64,000 bases of DNA from Lama guanicoe (taxonomy: Eukaryota): assembly GCA_013239625.1 (NCBI GenBank), contig MU056000.1:8552970-8616969 (forward strand), written 5' to 3'. Below the pieces are notes generated by a model. It was given only the letters and a program-made list of their open reading frames with translations. It ran no database searches and had not been told where the DNA came from. The translations under genes were made by a program, and so were the position numbers. Numbering within the stretch: position 1 is the first letter of the stretch; every line of letters starts with the position of its first letter. This document shows positions 19,418 to 33,139 of the stretch, piece after piece.

Positions 19418-22403
19418 GAGGGCGAGGCTCCTCCCGCGGCGCGCGGCTGCCTCAGCCTCCACCTATGCCTCGGCGGCCGGCTCGGGCGCCCGGCTAGTGA
19501 GGGAGCGTCCGCCCCGCCGCCCAAACCTGCCCTGGGTGCCGAGCATGCCCAGTGCCGCCGCCAGAGCGCCGCGCTTCGCCGTGCGCATTCCACTTCTCCT
19601 GGTTTTCGCGGCAGCAGCAGGAGAGAGGGGAGGAGGCCGCGGGCTGGGAGAGAGCCGAGCATCCTGGGGAACGCACACCCCGGCCCTCAGATGGGTGGAT
19701 GCTCGCGAACCAGGAGAAAGCTGGAAAGGACCGGAGGAAAGCCTGGAACCCTGGGCTGGACCAGTCCTCAAAGGGCTGGTTCCTTCATTTACTTGCAAGA
19801 TGCTGGCAGTTTATTGTGGTCGGGCAGATGTCAGCCTGCAAACAAAGGGCAGGGGTGGAGGGGGTTCTAAGCTAGCGTGTGTGCGCTTTGAGGCAGGGGC
19901 AGGCTAAATGTACCTGTTGCTGGGTACAGGTGGGGCCTCTCAAATCCTGTGGTTCTAGAGCAAAGAAGGCAGGACATCCCTCTCTGATCTTCCCAAACAG
20001 CGTCTGTCCATTCTCACCGTCACTCCCAGTGCTTAGATTTAACGTGCTTTTCGCGGGTGGAGAGACTTTCTCCTTAAACGGAATGCCGCCGGTTTTGTAC
20101 CTGAAATGTATGTAAACTTCCTGCAAGAAAGACCCTTGTCTAGTCTGGAACTTGAGCGCAATGCTAAATTCCCCTCCTCCGCCGCCGCCCCCTCTTCTCT
20201 TTTCCAACTGCTGCACCTCTGCCACCTTCTCTTCCTTCTCCCCTTCCTCCTCGTCTTCCTCCTCTTCCAGGCTAAGATGAAAACCCTCACTTGTTCCTTC
20301 CCCCATAGGCTTCCTATACCTCCTGCATTGTTCCCGTCATTTTCAGATGAGTTTTCTGTGTCACCTCCTGGTTTGACAGCTCACTGACTCCATGGGGACC
20401 TCTCTATGCCTCCCTTGCTGTGAAATACAGCAGGGAACAGTGAAAAGTCTTGTTAGAAAACAAGACCCTTGTCTTGTGCCAGAGAAGTCCTCTGGGCCTT
20501 CACCCGTGTCCCTCTGTTTGGGAAGTCATGACGGGTCTCGCCCCTACCGCAATTACAAGCCTTGAGCGGGCAGAGCGGGGCGTGCCCGGGGACCAGGGCA
20601 ATGCCCTTCCGAATGATGCCACAGCTCACCATCCCTGACACTGCAGATCCCAGACTGTCTAAGGTGGTAATTTTCCCCACTTCTCCCCTCCCCAGAGCTG
20701 GTGTCTGAGACACAGATAAGCATGACAGCGTGAGGAAATTGTAATCAGAGGGATTCGAGGGGCTGGTAATTCTCAGTAACCAAGTGCTTCTCTTTTATGT
20801 CAGAAGAGATTATCCAACAAAGTTAAATGCCTTGAATATTTATCCGGGGCTATCCTCTATTATACTTCGGAGGAAGTTAAAATATAGTTTGAAGGAAGAG
20901 CAAAGGAGGAACGTTTAGACAGGTTAAACAGGTAGAAATAAATGCTAAAAGCAGCAGATTAAGCAAGGACTTTTCACAACGGTGCAAATGTTCATTATCC
21001 ATCCTCCTCCGTTGGGGCTGCTCCTGCCTCGATAGGCTTGGTCGCACCTCGAAGAGTAGTTTGCCAGCCTGGCTCCCAGTTTTGAAGCTGGCTGCTTCTT
21101 AAAATACTTCAGACTCCTCTGAAGGAAGACACTTCAGGGCCACTTTTCAGCAGCTGTGAACTGTATTTTTTCTTTTTTTTTTAATTCTCAGAAAGACAGT
21201 TCCATTACTGTGGAGTATTTGGTACAAGACGAATTAGCAGTGCTGTGTCCATTAGGCCACATTATATTTTAAAGGATGTTCTCTGTTTTCACTGTAGCTT
21301 TGGTTAGATTTTTGAAAAACGATGTTTAACATGTACTCCTGTTTGCAGCCTTTGACTCAGGAAGTCATGGGTGGGGCGTTGGGGGGTTGGGGAGGTGGGA
21401 ACGCAGACTCTGAGGGTAGGTCGGCTACACTTTGGATTAACTTTAAAGCAGGTAAAATAATATCCACAGCAAATAGATGTGTCTTTTATGCCTATATAAA
21501 TGTAAGTTAAGAAAATAATTTTCAAAGTTTTTTAGGGTTATTTTTGAGAAAAGCGGCTATAGCAAACCCTACTGATTAACTACATGCCTTGGAAAGGACC
21601 CCCCGCAGGCAGTCCCCTATAGACGTCTTTAGAGGGAAGATGATTTCTGTTCTTGTAAAATAACTCATAACTTAGGATATTATTAAAAGCAAAATTTGAT
21701 AATATTGAAGAATAAAATAAAATGATCATGGGTGGTGTTAGATCTTGGAACGACTCACTGCTGCCATCTTTTGCCTCCTGCTTCTGACAGTTCCTATAAA
21801 ACGGCATATTGTGAATTCCCTAGGTCACGAGAAGACCAGAAAATTGATGACTTATTATTTTCAAATTATATTACTCAATGCTAAAAGAGAAATCATTATT
21901 GTTTCTTCTGTTTGTATACCCAAAGAGTCATGTGGTACAGAAATCACACCTAAATACTACGTGTTGTACCTCTTGACTTTTCAAATCACTTTTCCAAAGT
22001 TGAAGAAAATATATTTTTATGGGAATTTTACTTAATTTTTTTTTAGGAATAAGACCTGATAGTTAAAATATTTTTATCAATTAATGCATCATATTTTATA
22101 GTTCAAAATATGCCAGTTTTAGAAGAGTGACACTTTTGTTTGATTTGAAGCGATTTAAATATAGCATTGTATCTTACCATTCAGGTTCAAGTAGAAGATA
22201 ATATTACTGTAATTTTTAAAGTGAATTACCCATGCACAAACAAATGGAAATTTCTCAAATTGGAAAATTAAACAATTGAGCGATTGTTGTTGCTGTCGGG
22301 CACTTAATCAGGGAAAGTAATGACAGTTCTTAAAAATGTACAATTTAAATTTTAAGTCAAATTCTCTAGAATAGGAATATAATTATGTATATATTTATAT
22401 TTA

Positions 22404-22410
<7 letters not shown>

Positions 22411-22435
<25 letters not shown>
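22411..22435. repeat. (TA)n microsatellite
   Basis: Direct read. Confidence 0.95.
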
Positions 22436-22630
22436 TTAAAAAATGTTACCAGTCATAAAAATACACTGGAAAATATTACTCTGTTTTTAAAGATGTTTAA
22501 AGTAATTTACCTAATTTGAAATTAACCATTATAATTAAGATCAGTGTGTAGGTCATTTCACTATTTGATTTGAAACTTCACACTTTCACACAAACTACCT
22601 TTTACTACTGCCATGACTCATGATGGTATC

Positions 22631-22780
22631 ATTCATTCATTCATTCATTCACCAGCAAATGTTATTGGCTATCTGCTGTGGTTCAGACATTGGACAAAAT
22701 TTGGTGAATCAATAGCACACAATAGACAAGAAAACAAAATCCCTGTCCTCATGGTATTTAATCCTAAATTGGGGCTATTA
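22631..22780 (-). mobile_element. L2 LINE 3' end
   Basis: (attc)n tail then agcaaatgttattggc..aaaatccctgtcctcatgg, typical of the L2 3' terminus in reverse. Confidence 0.65.
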
Positions 22781-23604
22781 GGCAATAGAAGAAAGAAAAA
22801 CACGCTGAGGAAGTAACCACACTCTAATATCCGTATTTCTTTCTAATTGTCACTATGCTTGTGGTGTTGATTCTTTTATTCAATGTCCTTCTTTCCATGT
22901 TTTCTCGTTGTTTTGCCTCTTCCGGGGGTTTTGTTTTTCATGCCCGAACATGGGTAACATGGCGAGGAAACAGTATCGAAAGTACTGAAGCAAAGCAAGG
23001 AAAGGGGTACAGAGAGTGTGCTCAGTAAAAATGGCTGCGGTTCTCCAAGGCACGGTGGACCCAGGAGTGGACTTAAGGAAGGAATCAGAGCAGTGAGGTG
23101 TCTAGTGAAGGCTCCTACATGTGTCATAAGTCACAACCATTTAGGCTTAAATGTCTAAATCCAATGTAGGCTAGTCAAGGCATCGAGGATGTGAGGCATT
23201 ATTGATCAGAAGTGGACAGTGGGTCAAAAGCCTAGGTCAACAGGCATGGGTGAATTGCATATACAGAAAGAAGACATCACATTATGGAATATGAAACTGG
23301 GCACAGAATCTTAATAACAGATATTGGCAGCAAGGAGAAATAAGTGTTATGCTATGATTTATCAGCAATGCTTATAGATTTGATGGGCTTCTAGAGGATG
23401 AAGGAATTGACTCCCCAGATTGGCTGGCTTGACACCTACGGACAAGAATGAGAAGGAGCAACCTATAAAATGAGATCCAAAGGGTGGAACAGGGAAGCTC
23501 TCATCAAGGTTCATCCAGGCTTTCTCGATAAATTTTAAGGCAGAGTTGATTGAGTATAAAAATTTCATCAACAAAATTGCAGGTTTTATACCAAGCATCT
23601 AGGT

Positions 23605-24340
23605 CAATGGTTCTTACTGGAAGAATTACTGCCTCCCCAGGAGGTATTTTAGAAATGTGTAAGAGGGTATTTTCTTATTGTCACCAGTTTTTAGTGGTCA
23701 CAAGCCACACATTTTAAACATTATGTGATACATGTGACAATCCCACAGGAGGAAGGGTAGCCTGTATCCTTCACAACTTTTCATCTGTGGTTGTTAAGAA
23801 CCTGTTCACACCTTTCTAAGCCTACCACATTTCTCCATATTACACAGAAGCAAAAAGCACTTTTGCATGGTTTTAAGGTGCATTGAATTTTGCAAGAATG
23901 CTACTAAGATATAAATGATGGAAATAATTAACATTGTTTTGTTCAGAAATTGACCAACATCTGTTCATAAGATTAAGAACAGCATTACCAGTAGTATATA
24001 TCTCATCAAAAGAAGGCTCCAGGACCAGTCTATTTTTATAGCCATCATCATTACAGTGATGCTACACGGACAGGTACCTGAGTGTTCGATTAGCTCTTCT
24101 AGCCTAGTTGTAACCAAGCATCTACATAAAGGAAACAGTAATATTTTATTTTGAATAACTTTCCTTTTGTTTCTTCTTTATGTGAGACTACTGTGTATGT
24201 CCTTAAAAATCAATTAATATCTGTGAATTTCTTTTCAAATTAGCAATGTAACCATTACACAATATTTATTAACAATACATTAAAATTTGTAAACATTTGT
24301 TAAAAATTAGGTCATTGGGTTTCATAGGTTTGAGAATGAA
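23605..24340. mobile_element. hAT-Charlie (MER20-like) DNA transposon fossil
   Basis: Begins caatggttctt and ends near gtttgagaat (CAGTGGTTCTCAA-like TIRs), with a MER20-like 5' part. Confidence 0.45.
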
Positions 24341-24759
24341 ATACCAAAACGATTCACTTAAGAAAACCAACAGCATGTATTAGGATCATGTATATTGCAG
24401 CCCCAGGAAGAGAAGCTGGGTTTGTTAGCAAGTTTGGACCCCACCAATGTGTTAATTATCATTATATGATTTTTATCATATGAACTAATAATAATTACTG
24501 ACTAATCACATACACAGGCCTCAAAAGTGGCCTGCATGCATAGGAAGAATCTACAAATTAATCCTGATCTCTTTTCAGTCTTACAGCCTCAGATTCAGCT
24601 TTTTTCCTTGATCCCAAATATTTGTCCACATCCCCATTTACTGTGTTGTCTTGTTTTAGAACTTTGATTTGGCCTTTCAGATTTATCTATCCTCGACTTT
24701 CTCAATTCACTCCTCTAATTAAGCGAAAATAGTCTAATTCAGTCCAAATCACTGCTGGT

Positions 24760-25236
24760 GGCTTTCCCAGTGTCTACCCTCCCCATCTTCCTTTTGCACA
24801 GGACCCAGATTTTGTTTGGAGCCACATGTGACCACCTATAAAACAATGCTTCTCAGTTTCGATTGCTGTTGCGTGTAATCTGGCAGGGAGACGAACGGGA
24901 GAGTCTGAGGGAGCGTTCAGAGAGCAGTGTGCTTCTGTGGAAAGGGAACCTCCCCGATTCTGCCTCTTCTTCATTCTTCCTAAAGTTTGGCATGCAGACT
25001 GCAGGCTGGACTTGGAACCGCCACACTGCATCTAGGACTTGTCCTTGACAGTTGGAGTCAGAGACCAAAGGTGGTGGAGCCTAAGATGGAAGGATGCTGA
25101 AAGTTTCCTGAAGCTGCTGTACCAGCATGCACTTGTGCCCCTGGGCTTCCAATTATGGGAGAGAAATTAACCTTTCTTTCCTTAAGCCATGGTGATTGGT
25201 TTCTGTCACGCATAGCCAAATGCAGTCTCTGATGTA
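24760..25236 (+). mobile_element. Old MaLR (MLT1J-like) LTR
   Basis: 3' end aaattaacctttctttccttaagccatggtgattggtttctgtcacgcatagccaaatgcagtctctgat. Confidence 0.6.
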
Positions 25237-26749
25237 TATGTTCTGTAATCTCTGCCCTCTGCTCACTACAGCTGTTATCACTCTAAGTATTTCCCTTGCA
25301 ATATATTTTCTATGAAATTAAAAATTTTTTCGATTAAATGAGTACATGAATATGGTCTGAAATTATATGTTTAGAAGCTAAGTCAATGAATGACATGAGA
25401 TTTTTGTCACCGACCAATGAATGAAGCCATATTCAAAGTTTTGCACAATGAGTCCACTCTACATAACCCAGTGATTTTTACACTATCTCCCAAAAGGAGT
25501 AACTCATTTTTCATTCCTGGGTCTCCTTAATGGTTGTCACCATTCCAGTGTTACTCTCCAGGTCGTGTAGAGTGCACATTCTGAAATCAATGTACTCACT
25601 AAAATCTTTGACGGTCCCATTTTACTACCTATAAAATAAACAGAATCTTGCTTCTTAGAATATGGTGAGAATTACATGAATGAATCAGTCTATGGTAAAC
25701 AAATGGCACTATACCTGGTACATAGTAAGCAACTAGTAAATTATGGCTAATATTAGTGATGACATTAAAATGTCCTTTTACTCCCGCTGTTTTAGCTGCT
25801 GTACCAGAGCACACTTATTATCTGATTGCACATCTTATTCACTCATCAAGACACAGAGGCGATACCACCTTGTCAATGAATGCTTTTCATAAATTCATTT
25901 TTCCTAATAAGCATTAACTGCATTTCTCCCACATGCAGATAATTACATCCTGCAGACTAATGATGAGAGCTTACAGTGATCTTCATTTTGTAAACTGGCT
26001 GGTTTACTGCTTTCACAGAATTTTCAGGAATCCACAAATGCATAACACTCAGACCAGAGTCAAGTAGCTTCCCTGTTTATTATATTTCATGATAGTATAT
26101 ATCTCGTATGCTCTTATTGGCTCTTCCATACAATTTATCACTGTAGTGTATCTGTTGATAATAATGTTATCAAATAGTTCCCATATTCTCTAAGATGTTA
26201 TCTGTGTATGTGGAAGTACATGGCTGGTTAGATGTTGTATTTTTTGTAGTCATAACCACCATCCTTGCAGAATTGCTGGGGATGATTTTGAATAATTGAA
26301 CATGAAGTTTGTGTAAAATTTTGCTTATTTTAAAGGTAACAAGTTCTCATCATAAATAAATTAGAAATTTTTTTAAATAATGAAAAAGGAAAAAAATCAT
26401 TATCTCATGACCCAGAACTAAGGCAGTTCGGTTTAATTATCGTCCACAAAGTTACATCTTCTTATTCAGTCAAAATTAAATTCCTGTACTTTTCCCATTT
26501 CATTTTGTATGGCTGCACTTTCCTGTTATGAGGTTTGATGATTCTTTATATAGCCAATTGTCTGGTTTATACATTTTGGCTGTTATTACATGATTTCTCC
26601 CGTGATAATAAAGTTTCACCTAAGACTGTTTTCTCAAACTGTTGGAAATGATAAACATCCCAATTGAAAAAGAGACCAAACTTCAATTTCTGGATAAGGT
26701 AGAATCACTTGTGGCAGTACCATGCTTCTACTGAAAATAATTATAATTC

Positions 26750-29700
26750 TTGAATAAAAACCAAAAACTGTTTCTCTAAAGCATCAGAAATCTGCTGAAG
26801 CAAAATGACCAGATGATCCAAGATTTCAGGCAGGAGAGGATGTGGAGGGTGGAATGGATGCTGTGTTTGCTTCTTGCCTGAAACTTTTGCCAATTCTGGA
26901 TGCAGTGAAAGAGGCTGAGCTTTGAGTCTTTTCCGGGGCAGAGGGCCTCTGTCTGAGATACAGATGCAAACTGAGGTTTTGCTGGTCTCATAGGGCTTCA
27001 AATTAAAATTAATAAAGATTCCATTGAGAAGGTGGAGCAAAGTACTGAGGCTGAAACATGACTGATTTTCCCTTCAAAACTTTTGCTAATTTCTGAAACT
27101 GCATAGGGCCAAAAAGCAAAAAAAAGGGGAAAAAAAGCCTCTGAAAATCGGAATATAAATTTCACAGTCTCGCTGTGTAGAAAAGAAGAGATTTACATTC
27201 AAGGCCTTCCTGAGACAGTGGCCTTGGGAAACTCAAGTTCTCAGTTAAAATCCCTAGAGGTCTGCTTTCTGAGATCTGAGAATAACAGAGGTAGGTGGAC
27301 ACTTACCAATATTCTGGCCCCACTCAATTCAGCAAAGTCCCTGATTAGATTAGAGGCGGCCAGTTCATCTATCTGACTAACAGAGAAAAGAATGAACTTT
27401 CAAGCAAAATTTCACAATTTTTATTATACAATGTCCAGTATTCATTAAAATTTATTATACAGGACAGGAATAAATGATCAATGACAAATTAACAAATATA
27501 TAATAGAAATATAACCATAGGTGACTCAGATATTGGCATTAGCAGGCAAAATATTTAAAAGAATAATGATCAATATGTTTAAGAAAATATAGGAGTGTAG
27601 GAAAAGATGGAGGAAAAAATGCAAAGATGGATAAATTCACAGAGAATTGGAATCCATGAGAAAGAATCCAATGGGAATTCCAAAACTTAAAAATAAAATA
27701 ACTGACATTCATTTCAATAATAAATTTTATTTAACCCATTATATACAAAATATTATTATCAAATGCACATGTAACATTTGACAAAATCAACCATATGCAA
27801 GTCACAAGTTTGAAATATTTGGAACCATCCAGAGTATATTCTCAGACAAGAGAGACATTAAGTTGGAAATCAGTAACTATTGTGGTGATCATTTCATAAT
27901 GTATACAAATATCAAATCACTATATTGTTCAGGTGAAACTAATATAACATTGTATGTTAATTATAATTCTACTTAAAAAAGAAATAGAAGGGAGACCTTT
28001 CTCCCTGATAGGAACTTTATACTTCTTCAAAATCAATTTACTTAAGAAAGTTATATTCACATAAACGATAAACAGCATATGTGTGTCATAACCTGTAAGA
28101 TGCAACCAGAACATCTTTATAGCATCTCTAAAACCTGTTATGTCATGTACAAAATGTATGCACTGCAGCAAGTTGTAGGTGTTTGACAGCAGCCAACGTG
28201 AGGCTGATATCCTTGAAAGAGAGGAGGCAGGCAAAGGATGCCCGGCTTTTATGCACGTTGTCTTCCTGGAAAAATTTTCTGGAGTGTGATGCATTTATAT
28301 AGAATGCGAGCCAGAGCAGTGGTTTCACTGGACAGAGAATGGAGAGATTAGAGTGGGGTGGGGGGTCACTGCAGAGGCTGTGATTTAGGACAGAATGTAC
28401 TGCAAAAGGGGGAACCATGGAGAGGAAAATCCAGAAGTTTCCATAGGGATCCCTCTTGGGTGTCTTGATCAAATCTTGGACTCATGACAGTAGAACAAGA
28501 CTCCTAGAGGCCAGGCAGGGAGCAACCACTGGGGGCAGCAAGCCAAGCGGGGAGGCTGGCAGTTATTTTGTATTCTGGAGACTCGGACGGTCAGGCCCAG
28601 CGAGAGTGGAAAATCTTTATGAGCAAGTCAAAGATTGAGCTGAGGTATTAGAAAGGCCATCTGATAAGAGTGTGTGGACTGAATTCTGTTCCTCCAAAAT
28701 TCATATGTTGAAACTCTAACCCCTGCTGTGGCTGTATGCAAAGATGTGACCTTTAAAGAAGTAATTAACTTTAAATGAGTTTATAGGGATTGGGCTGTAA
28801 TTCAATAGGTCTGGTGTCCTTATAAGCAGAGAAAGAGAGACTAGAGGTGTGTCCACACAGAGAAAAGGCCACGTGAGGATGTAACGAGAAGGTGGCCATC
28901 TGCAAGCCAAGGAGAGGGATCTCAGAGAAACCCATCCTGCTGGCACCTTGATCTTGGACTTCCAGCTTTCAGAACTGCGAGAAAATTAATTTCTGTTGTT
29001 TAAGTCACCCAATCTGTGAGATTTTGTTTTGGCCGCACTAGCAAACTAGTATAAAAAGTAAGGCTGTCTACACTTCAGGATTGAGGGCTACAATCTAGCA
29101 GTAAGGGGAAAAAAAGAACTGTAAGAGACCTCCTTGAAGAAAGCCTAAAATCAGTGCCTAACACTAAAATATTCCTTTGGTGTTTACTGCCTGCCAACTT
29201 AAACGCAGTACTTTCTGAGGAAGAATAATGTAAACCAGTGCCTCTTCAAGATAGTCTTTGAAATTTTCAGACTATAATGAAAATACATTAGATATGGAAA
29301 GAAAAAGGGAAAATAAAGAAGGGAAAGAACTCATTACAATAAATCTGTTGAAAACGAATAAAATGTAAAAACACTAACTGCAGTTAGAAAGAAAAAAAAC
29401 AATGCATTCATATAGGAAACTAACCATTGGGGAAAAGTATAGATTTCTCAAAAGAGATTTGGAAACAGAAAACAATGGAACAAAATCTTTTTAAAAACAG
29501 GAAGAAAAGAATATCAACCCAGTATCTGAAATTCATTGCAAATATTCTTCAGGCTTGATGGCAAAATAAAGGCATCCTCAAATAAAAGGAAACAAGTAAA
29601 ATTTATTGCTAGCAGTCTTGCTGTAATAGAAAAGCTAAAGAAAATTCTTCAGGCTGTTAGGAAATGATCCCAGAGGAAAATCTTGCACTTTAGGCAGTAA

Positions 29701-30420
29701 GGAAGAGCAGCAGAAATAGTGGAAGAAATGGTAATGTCTCGGTAAATATAAAAGATTATTCTCCTAAGTTTGGTTAGATACATATGACTATTCAAAACAA
29801 AAATTTTAACGTTTTCTGATGTGTCTTTTGATTTTACATAAATGGAACACATTTAGCAACTATAACATTAATGTCAGGTGGCAGTAAGGTAAAAAGAGTT
29901 ACTTTTACAGTTGCAAGGCTTCTATGAGTGTATGAAAGTGATGCTTTATTTCCTCTTGCAACCAATAATAAAAATGATATAAGGAGATATATCTAGGAAA
30001 ATAGTAGACATATTAAAATACAATATTAAAAGTATTCAAGTAAGCAAAGCAAGATAGGCAAAGGGAAACAATGGAACCAAAAAGGAAGAAACAAGTAGAA
30101 AAAGAAAAAAAAATGGTATATCTAAATTCAGCCATATTAATAATTATGTTAAATGTTAATGGTTCAAACACTCCATTTAAAAGGCAGATTGACAGTGAGT
30201 AACAAGGAAGCTCCTACTGTCTGATGCCCACTAGAGGCTAAATACAAAGGCAGCAATATATTGAAAGTAAAGGATGAAAAAAAAAGATCTACCACATAGT
30301 AGGAAGCAAAAGAATGCTAGAGTGTCTATATTTATATTAGATAAAATAAACTTTAAGACAAAGAAGATTTACTGACATAAAGAGAAACATTCATAAAGAT
30401 AAAAAAGATTAGGATTAAGT
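26750..30420 (+). mobile_element. Fragmented ancient L1 (ORF1/ORF2-start remnants) interrupted by other elements
   Basis: A-rich degenerate L1 motifs, e.g. aatgttaatggttcaaacactccatttaaaaggcagattg (ORF2 endonuclease start-like) at ~30152, and an L1 3' tip at ~27880-27980. Confidence 0.55.
28671..29052 (+). mobile_element. MaLR MLT1B-like solo LTR
   Basis: tgtgtggactgaattctgttcctccaaaattcatatgttgaa..ggcaccttgatcttggacttccagc..cagaactgcgagaaaattaatttctgttgtttaagtcaccc. Confidence 0.88.
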
Positions 30421-31379
30421 GAGTGATATGCCTTTCTTTTGTATGATTGGCAAAGAGGGAAATTTGGAAAGGGGAGTAGGAAAGAAAGTTTTCCTTTATA
30501 CAACAATCATACTGTGGGGTTATAAACATGTTTAAAGAACAGATAGAAATTGATTGACTTCCTGAAACTGAATGGTGCCCTAGGAAAATCAGTGTGTACC
30601 ACTAGAAGTAAAAGTACCTGGACGTAATCTTAGAACTATTGATTGTGCATGTGGTTACGGAATATTTATAATACCCACATATAGCTGTGTAAAATACATA
30701 AAAATATGAAAATGTAATCATTGAAATGAATTTAGTAATAATAGAGATAACAATTAAACCAGCTTTACAGTGCCAACATACCCCTATGAAATTTGCCAAA
30801 TGTTCTTCACTGATAATATTCAGTGTTGGTTAGAATGGAGAAAGGCTAATAAAATGCACACTGCCGTAACGGTTTTAGTGGTTATTTTGCAATATGTGAC
30901 GAGATTCTGAAAAACATTTCAGGCTTAGTCTGTGTCATGTAAAATGTTTTGGAATAACATATTTTCTTTTTATAAAGCAGAGTACGGTAAACAGTGAAAC
31001 CTCTCTATGACTCCTGAGAGCAATCATTTAAATGTTAATGCGTTAAGATACCGTGATAGTCTCAAGTGTCATTGTGCCTCTTGCCCCAGCTAAATGATCC
31101 TGAACAGTTAGCCATAACCAAGCAAGAACTTATCTATATAGGTTACTTGAGTGCATCTTTCATGCTACACACACACACACAGACACACTCACGCAAGTAT
31201 GCAAAATCAAGATACCTATCTCCTATTGTCACAGAGTCCCTGCACTAGTAGAGATCAGGAGTCTTCCTTAAGACTTTTCTTTCTTTTACAGGACATAGAA
31301 TAAAACATTGTGCAAAACCCTTCCAGACAAAAAAGAATGGAAAAGTACCTAGCAGGGTGACTTCACCGTGAAATGGGTT

Positions 31380-31670
31380 TCTAGGGTTGTTCAGTGGGCA
31401 GATGTCAATCTGAAAAGCAATCTCTTAGTGATTTGCAAGTGACCTCGCCTTGTTTCGTAGTGTCAGCTGATAAATGTAAATGGAGGCACACAAAGCATAA
31501 TATCGGGTTGGCCATGCAGAAAAGAAAGTCAGAGGATTGAAAGACAGCCTAAAGTTTCAGAACATATTTCAGGAGATGAACATAGCAGTCTGAAATTAAC
31601 AAAATGAAACTCACTGCAGAGAAACATAAAGTCTTTTTCCTTAGGTTAAAACAGTAGTATGAACAAATCC
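31380..31670 (+). mobile_element. Possible L3/CR1 LINE remnant
   Basis: aacaaaatgaaactcactgcagagaaacataaagtc..ttagg resembles the CR1 RT C-terminal region, but the match is highly degenerate. Confidence 0.35.
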
Positions 31671-32804
31671 AGCTCGGGAGGTCATAGACTCTGGACAGTC
31701 ACCTCCAGTGCCGGACCTGCACTGGCTGCTCCCAGTTCTTGGAAACATGAGCGTTCATAGAACCAACTGACACCGACTCCATTTGATCTGTTCAGGGAAA
31801 TCTCTTTCCAGTGCCTTCAAGGGATTGAGTTTCCTACCTATTACAAACTGCTGCTGATTCCATTCAGAGGTGAGCATCAATGACGCCAGCTAATGCAATT
31901 CTCCACCTGCCCGGAAAGCAGTCTTCATCCTAGCATGGATGTGAAAACTGAGCACCGGTCACAGTCTGCTGTACCTATCAGCCCTCTGACACCACCTGGA
32001 TCCTAGGGTCACTCAGTTGTGACTGTCAGCACTGCCATCGCCAGCTGCCACGTAAGTTCAACCCCTCTTGTCACTTTGCTTCTCATTAATTGTCACCTCA
32101 CAATTCTGTGTACTCCTTTGGAATTTTTGGCGTAACACAATTCATTAGTTTTAAATTTATTATTAAAATTCGGTAATTTGTACCAATTTTTAAGAGACCT
32201 CTTTTCAGAATGACCTGTATCCATTAAGTTCAAGTGTCATAATTCTCAGTCTTTCCATGTGATTTAACATTGTCTTTCATTAAGCATGAATCACTCTTAC
32301 TTATTTGCATTAACTATCAATATACTAAAGTCTTAGGAAGAACTAAATTTCACCTTTAATAGATAAATTTACAGCAGCTGTTGCTCTAAATCAGGAATAA
32401 TCAACCAAATTGTGCTTACTTACCTCAGTTTACTTTATTTAAAGCTAAAATCTGTTCTTGTTCCCAGCAAAATTTAACAATAGGTAATCCTTATGCCTTT
32501 TACTTAGAAACTTATTTTACACGTATTTCTTGATAAAAATTTTGTCAGAAATTTGATTTTCCTAACTTGTTAAAAAGTTTTTCAGGCTAGACTTAACATT
32601 TTGAATCCATTGGCTTAATATACAATCTTCATTTTCCTTCCTCTATTTTTACTGTGTTCACCCCTGTGTTTCTAAATAAGTTTCTCCACTACTGATTCTC
32701 GGCTCATCCAATTTAGCTACCATTTATTGACTGCTTGTAATGGTAGTTGAGGGTTTAGTTCTCTCTTACTCAGTCACCCCTTTAGCTTCACTCTCTGGGA
32801 CCGA

Positions 32805-32960
32805 CCATTCATTCATTCATTCATTCATCAGTTCATCAAATACTTACTAAATACCAATTCAGTGACAGTCCATGTTCTGGGTACCAAGGAAACAACAATA
32901 TTTCTTCTCTTGTAGGACTGCTATTTTGGGGTGGGAGAAAGACAGTAAACACAGAAATTT
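32805..32960 (-). mobile_element. L2 LINE 3' end
   Basis: (cattc)n tail followed by caaatacttactaaatacc..tgttctgggtacc. Confidence 0.6.
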
Positions 32961-33139
32961 ATTTTTCCATATTATTTCATCAGATTGTAAGTGGTCTTTC
33001 TCTGAGGAAAAATAGAGAATGAAATGGTGCTAGGGATTTAAAGAGCAATGCTTTTTTTTTTTCCTCTTCCCTGGAGATTTATTTGTTTGTAACAACAGCA
33101 AAGGGGACTGTATCTGTCAATTATGCCACTGTTTCTTAT

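Larger units (their letters stand above)
18987..19600 (-). other. CTNND2: CTNND2 exon 1 5'UTR (upstream limit/TSS approximate; interrupted by N gap 19273-19360)
   Basis: Very GC-rich sequence contiguous with the start codon, with no obvious acceptor site upstream. The TSS cannot be fixed from sequence alone. Confidence 0.6.
18230..20300. promoter_or_regulatory. CpG island / CTNND2 promoter (core ~18700-19720)
   Basis: Abrupt rise in GC and CpG density against AT-rich flanks. GC boxes (ccgccccgccgccc ~19509-19522) and E2F-like TTTCGCGG at 19604-19611 and 20049-20056. Confidence 0.88.

Noticed and set aside
18488..19907. Long overlapping ORFs (170-324 aa) on both strands in the CpG island
   Set aside because: Stop-codon scarcity in very GC-rich DNA explains them. 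They are low-complexity Ala/Arg/Gly/Pro peptides and several span the N gap. Only the 37-nt segment matches a known protein and ends at a splice donor.
19872..20306. Acidic/Gly-rich ORF (EEEEDEEE..GGGGGG) as an upstream coding exon
   Set aside because: It arises from the purine-rich low-complexity tract, with no homology recognised and no well-supported splice junctions.
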